Assembly: GCA_028534125.1 (NCBI GenBank) | Contig: CM052816.1 | Span: forward strand, 100,070,001-100,134,000 | Length of the DNA stretch: 64,000 nucleotides | Reading direction: 5' to 3' | Source of the DNA: Lama glama | Lineage: Eukaryota | Part shown: one piece after another, positions 62,860 to 64,000 of the stretch | How the letters are laid out: each line of letters begins with the position of its first letter | Position numbering within the stretch: the first letter of the stretch is position 1 | The notes under the pieces: model-generated | Databases searched by the model: none | The model's input: only the letters and a program-made list of their open reading frames with translations | Told to the model about the DNA's origin: nothing | Position numbers and translations under genes: made by a program

Positions 62860-62950
62860 TTTATTTAATAAATATTTACGGGGAGCATAATACGTGGTGG
62901 CCTGCAGATCACGGGGGCGAATGAGACAGGCCATCAGGTGTCCTCACAGA
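62860..62950 (-). mobile_element. L2 3' end fragment
   Basis: ttatttaataaatatttacggggagcataatacgtg...gcgaatgagacagg...tgtcctcacag resembles the reverse complement of the L2 tail. Confidence 0.45.
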
Positions 62951-63611
62951 CCCTCTTCCCAAAGGAGATGAGAGATGTTATAGGAGTCACACCGATGGGT
63001 GGATATTAGGTCCAAGAAGTTCTGGATCCAGTGGGCTGGGGAAGGGGAGGACGTACTCTTACGGAGAGAGCAGGAGAGGGAGGGATATTTGAGGGGAGAC
63101 CTGAAAAGTAGGAAATACGGGGCCAGAGGCGAGAGAGAGTGATCAGCATGAGCTGGGGGTGCTCTAGGGTGAGCCCCAAGTCTGCTCTCTCCCCCAAGCT
63201 TCAGATTAGAAAACTGGGTCTTCCCTGACACCTTTACTGAGTTCCCAAAGGAAATTCAAAGCTCCCTATGTATAAAATACATCCTGGAGTTCTGTTTCAT
63301 GAGAACTCCACCCTCCTGCGGAGGCTGAAGCTCTGATCCCTGAAATGCCCCTTTCCTCCCCCAGCAAATCCTGCAGGGTCTTTCTCCAGCCAGGCTCCTA
63401 CACCGCCTCCTTCCTTCTCTGTGCTTCCTTCCCGGCCCACACCTGCCACCCCTCACCTGGGATGCTGTGAGTGTATCTGTGGTGATCTCCATCACCCCAT
63501 CCCGGAGCCGCCAGGAGCATCCTGCCAAAATGTCACTCAGTTCATGTGACCCTCTGGTGACAGCATCGCATGGCCCACTACACACCTGAGACGAGGGCTC
63601 ATGCGCGTGTT

Positions 63612-64000
63612 GTCTAAAACCCTGACAGCACCCAGTGCTGACGAGGATGTGGAACAACAGGGACTCTCATTCAGTGCTGGTGGTTTCCTGCAAAACTAGA
63701 CACACTCTTACCGAATGGTCATGCGGCCGCATTCCTTGGTCTCTCTCCAAATGAGCTAAAAACTTACGCCCACACTAAAACCTGCACGTGAGCATGCACG
63801 GCACCTTTGTCCGCAATTGCCAAAACTCTGGAGGGCGGAGGTGTCCCTCAGTAGGTGAGTGGATGCAGGTACTGTGGAACTGCCAGACAATGGAGCCTTA
63901 CTCAGTGGTAAAATAAGGAATGGGCTACAGAGCTACAGAAAGGCACGAAGAACCTCAAATGTGTGTTGATGATGGACAGAAGGCAGCCTGGCGAAGCCCC
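63612..64000 (+). mobile_element. L1MC1-like LINE-1 ORF2 3' end, running off the window
   Basis: gtgctgacgaggatgtggaacaacagggactctcattca; ccaaatgagctaaaaacttacgcccacactaaaacctgcac; ctcagtaggtgagtggat; ccagacaatgga; gaacctcaaatg. Confidence 0.85.

Noticed and set aside
1585..63657. The several hundred ORFs in the six-frame track, including the longest (46250-47137, 31947-32768, 35666-36361, 42520-43209)
   Set aside because: They overlap on both strands, are rich in Pro/Gly/Arg/Ala as expected from GC-rich DNA, show no recognisable domain, and several run through LTRs. Only 24432-24638 is recognisable, and it is an L1 ORF2 remnant. Small spliced exons cannot be fully excluded by eye.
1..64000. 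Naming the neighbouring developmental gene or locus
   Set aside because: The architecture suggests a GC-rich regulatory gene desert, but no sequence here lets me identify the locus. A BLAT of 8000-9300 against human would settle it.

Overview
Mammalian genomic DNA, most likely a camelid. The evidence is a tRNA-derived SINE of camelid type at 29642-29798 and cetartiodactyl-type L1 3' ends. I find no credible protein-coding exon, RNA gene or prokaryotic-type system. The ORF track is explained by chance ORFs in GC-rich non-coding DNA, apart from one L1 ORF2 C-terminal remnant. The window looks like a gene desert or very large intron. It carries ancient eutherian repeats (L1M, L2, MIR, MER5A, MLT1/MLT2 solo LTRs, a Tigger1 derivative), younger L1 3' ends (two with 5' inversions), short tandem repeats and one 500-N scaffolding gap (21033-21532). 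Two points stand out. First, from about 9.4 kb onward the sequence is GC- and CpG-rich and even the old repeats are shifted AT->GC, consistent with GC-biased gene conversion, whereas about 2-8 kb is CpG-poor. Second, several non-repetitive, AT-richer blocks dense in homeodomain/SOX motifs stand out from the GC background and are candidate conserved developmental enhancers. Repeat subfamily names come from recalled consensus sequences and need RepeatMasker/Dfam confirmation. I could not support a previously undescribed biological system here.
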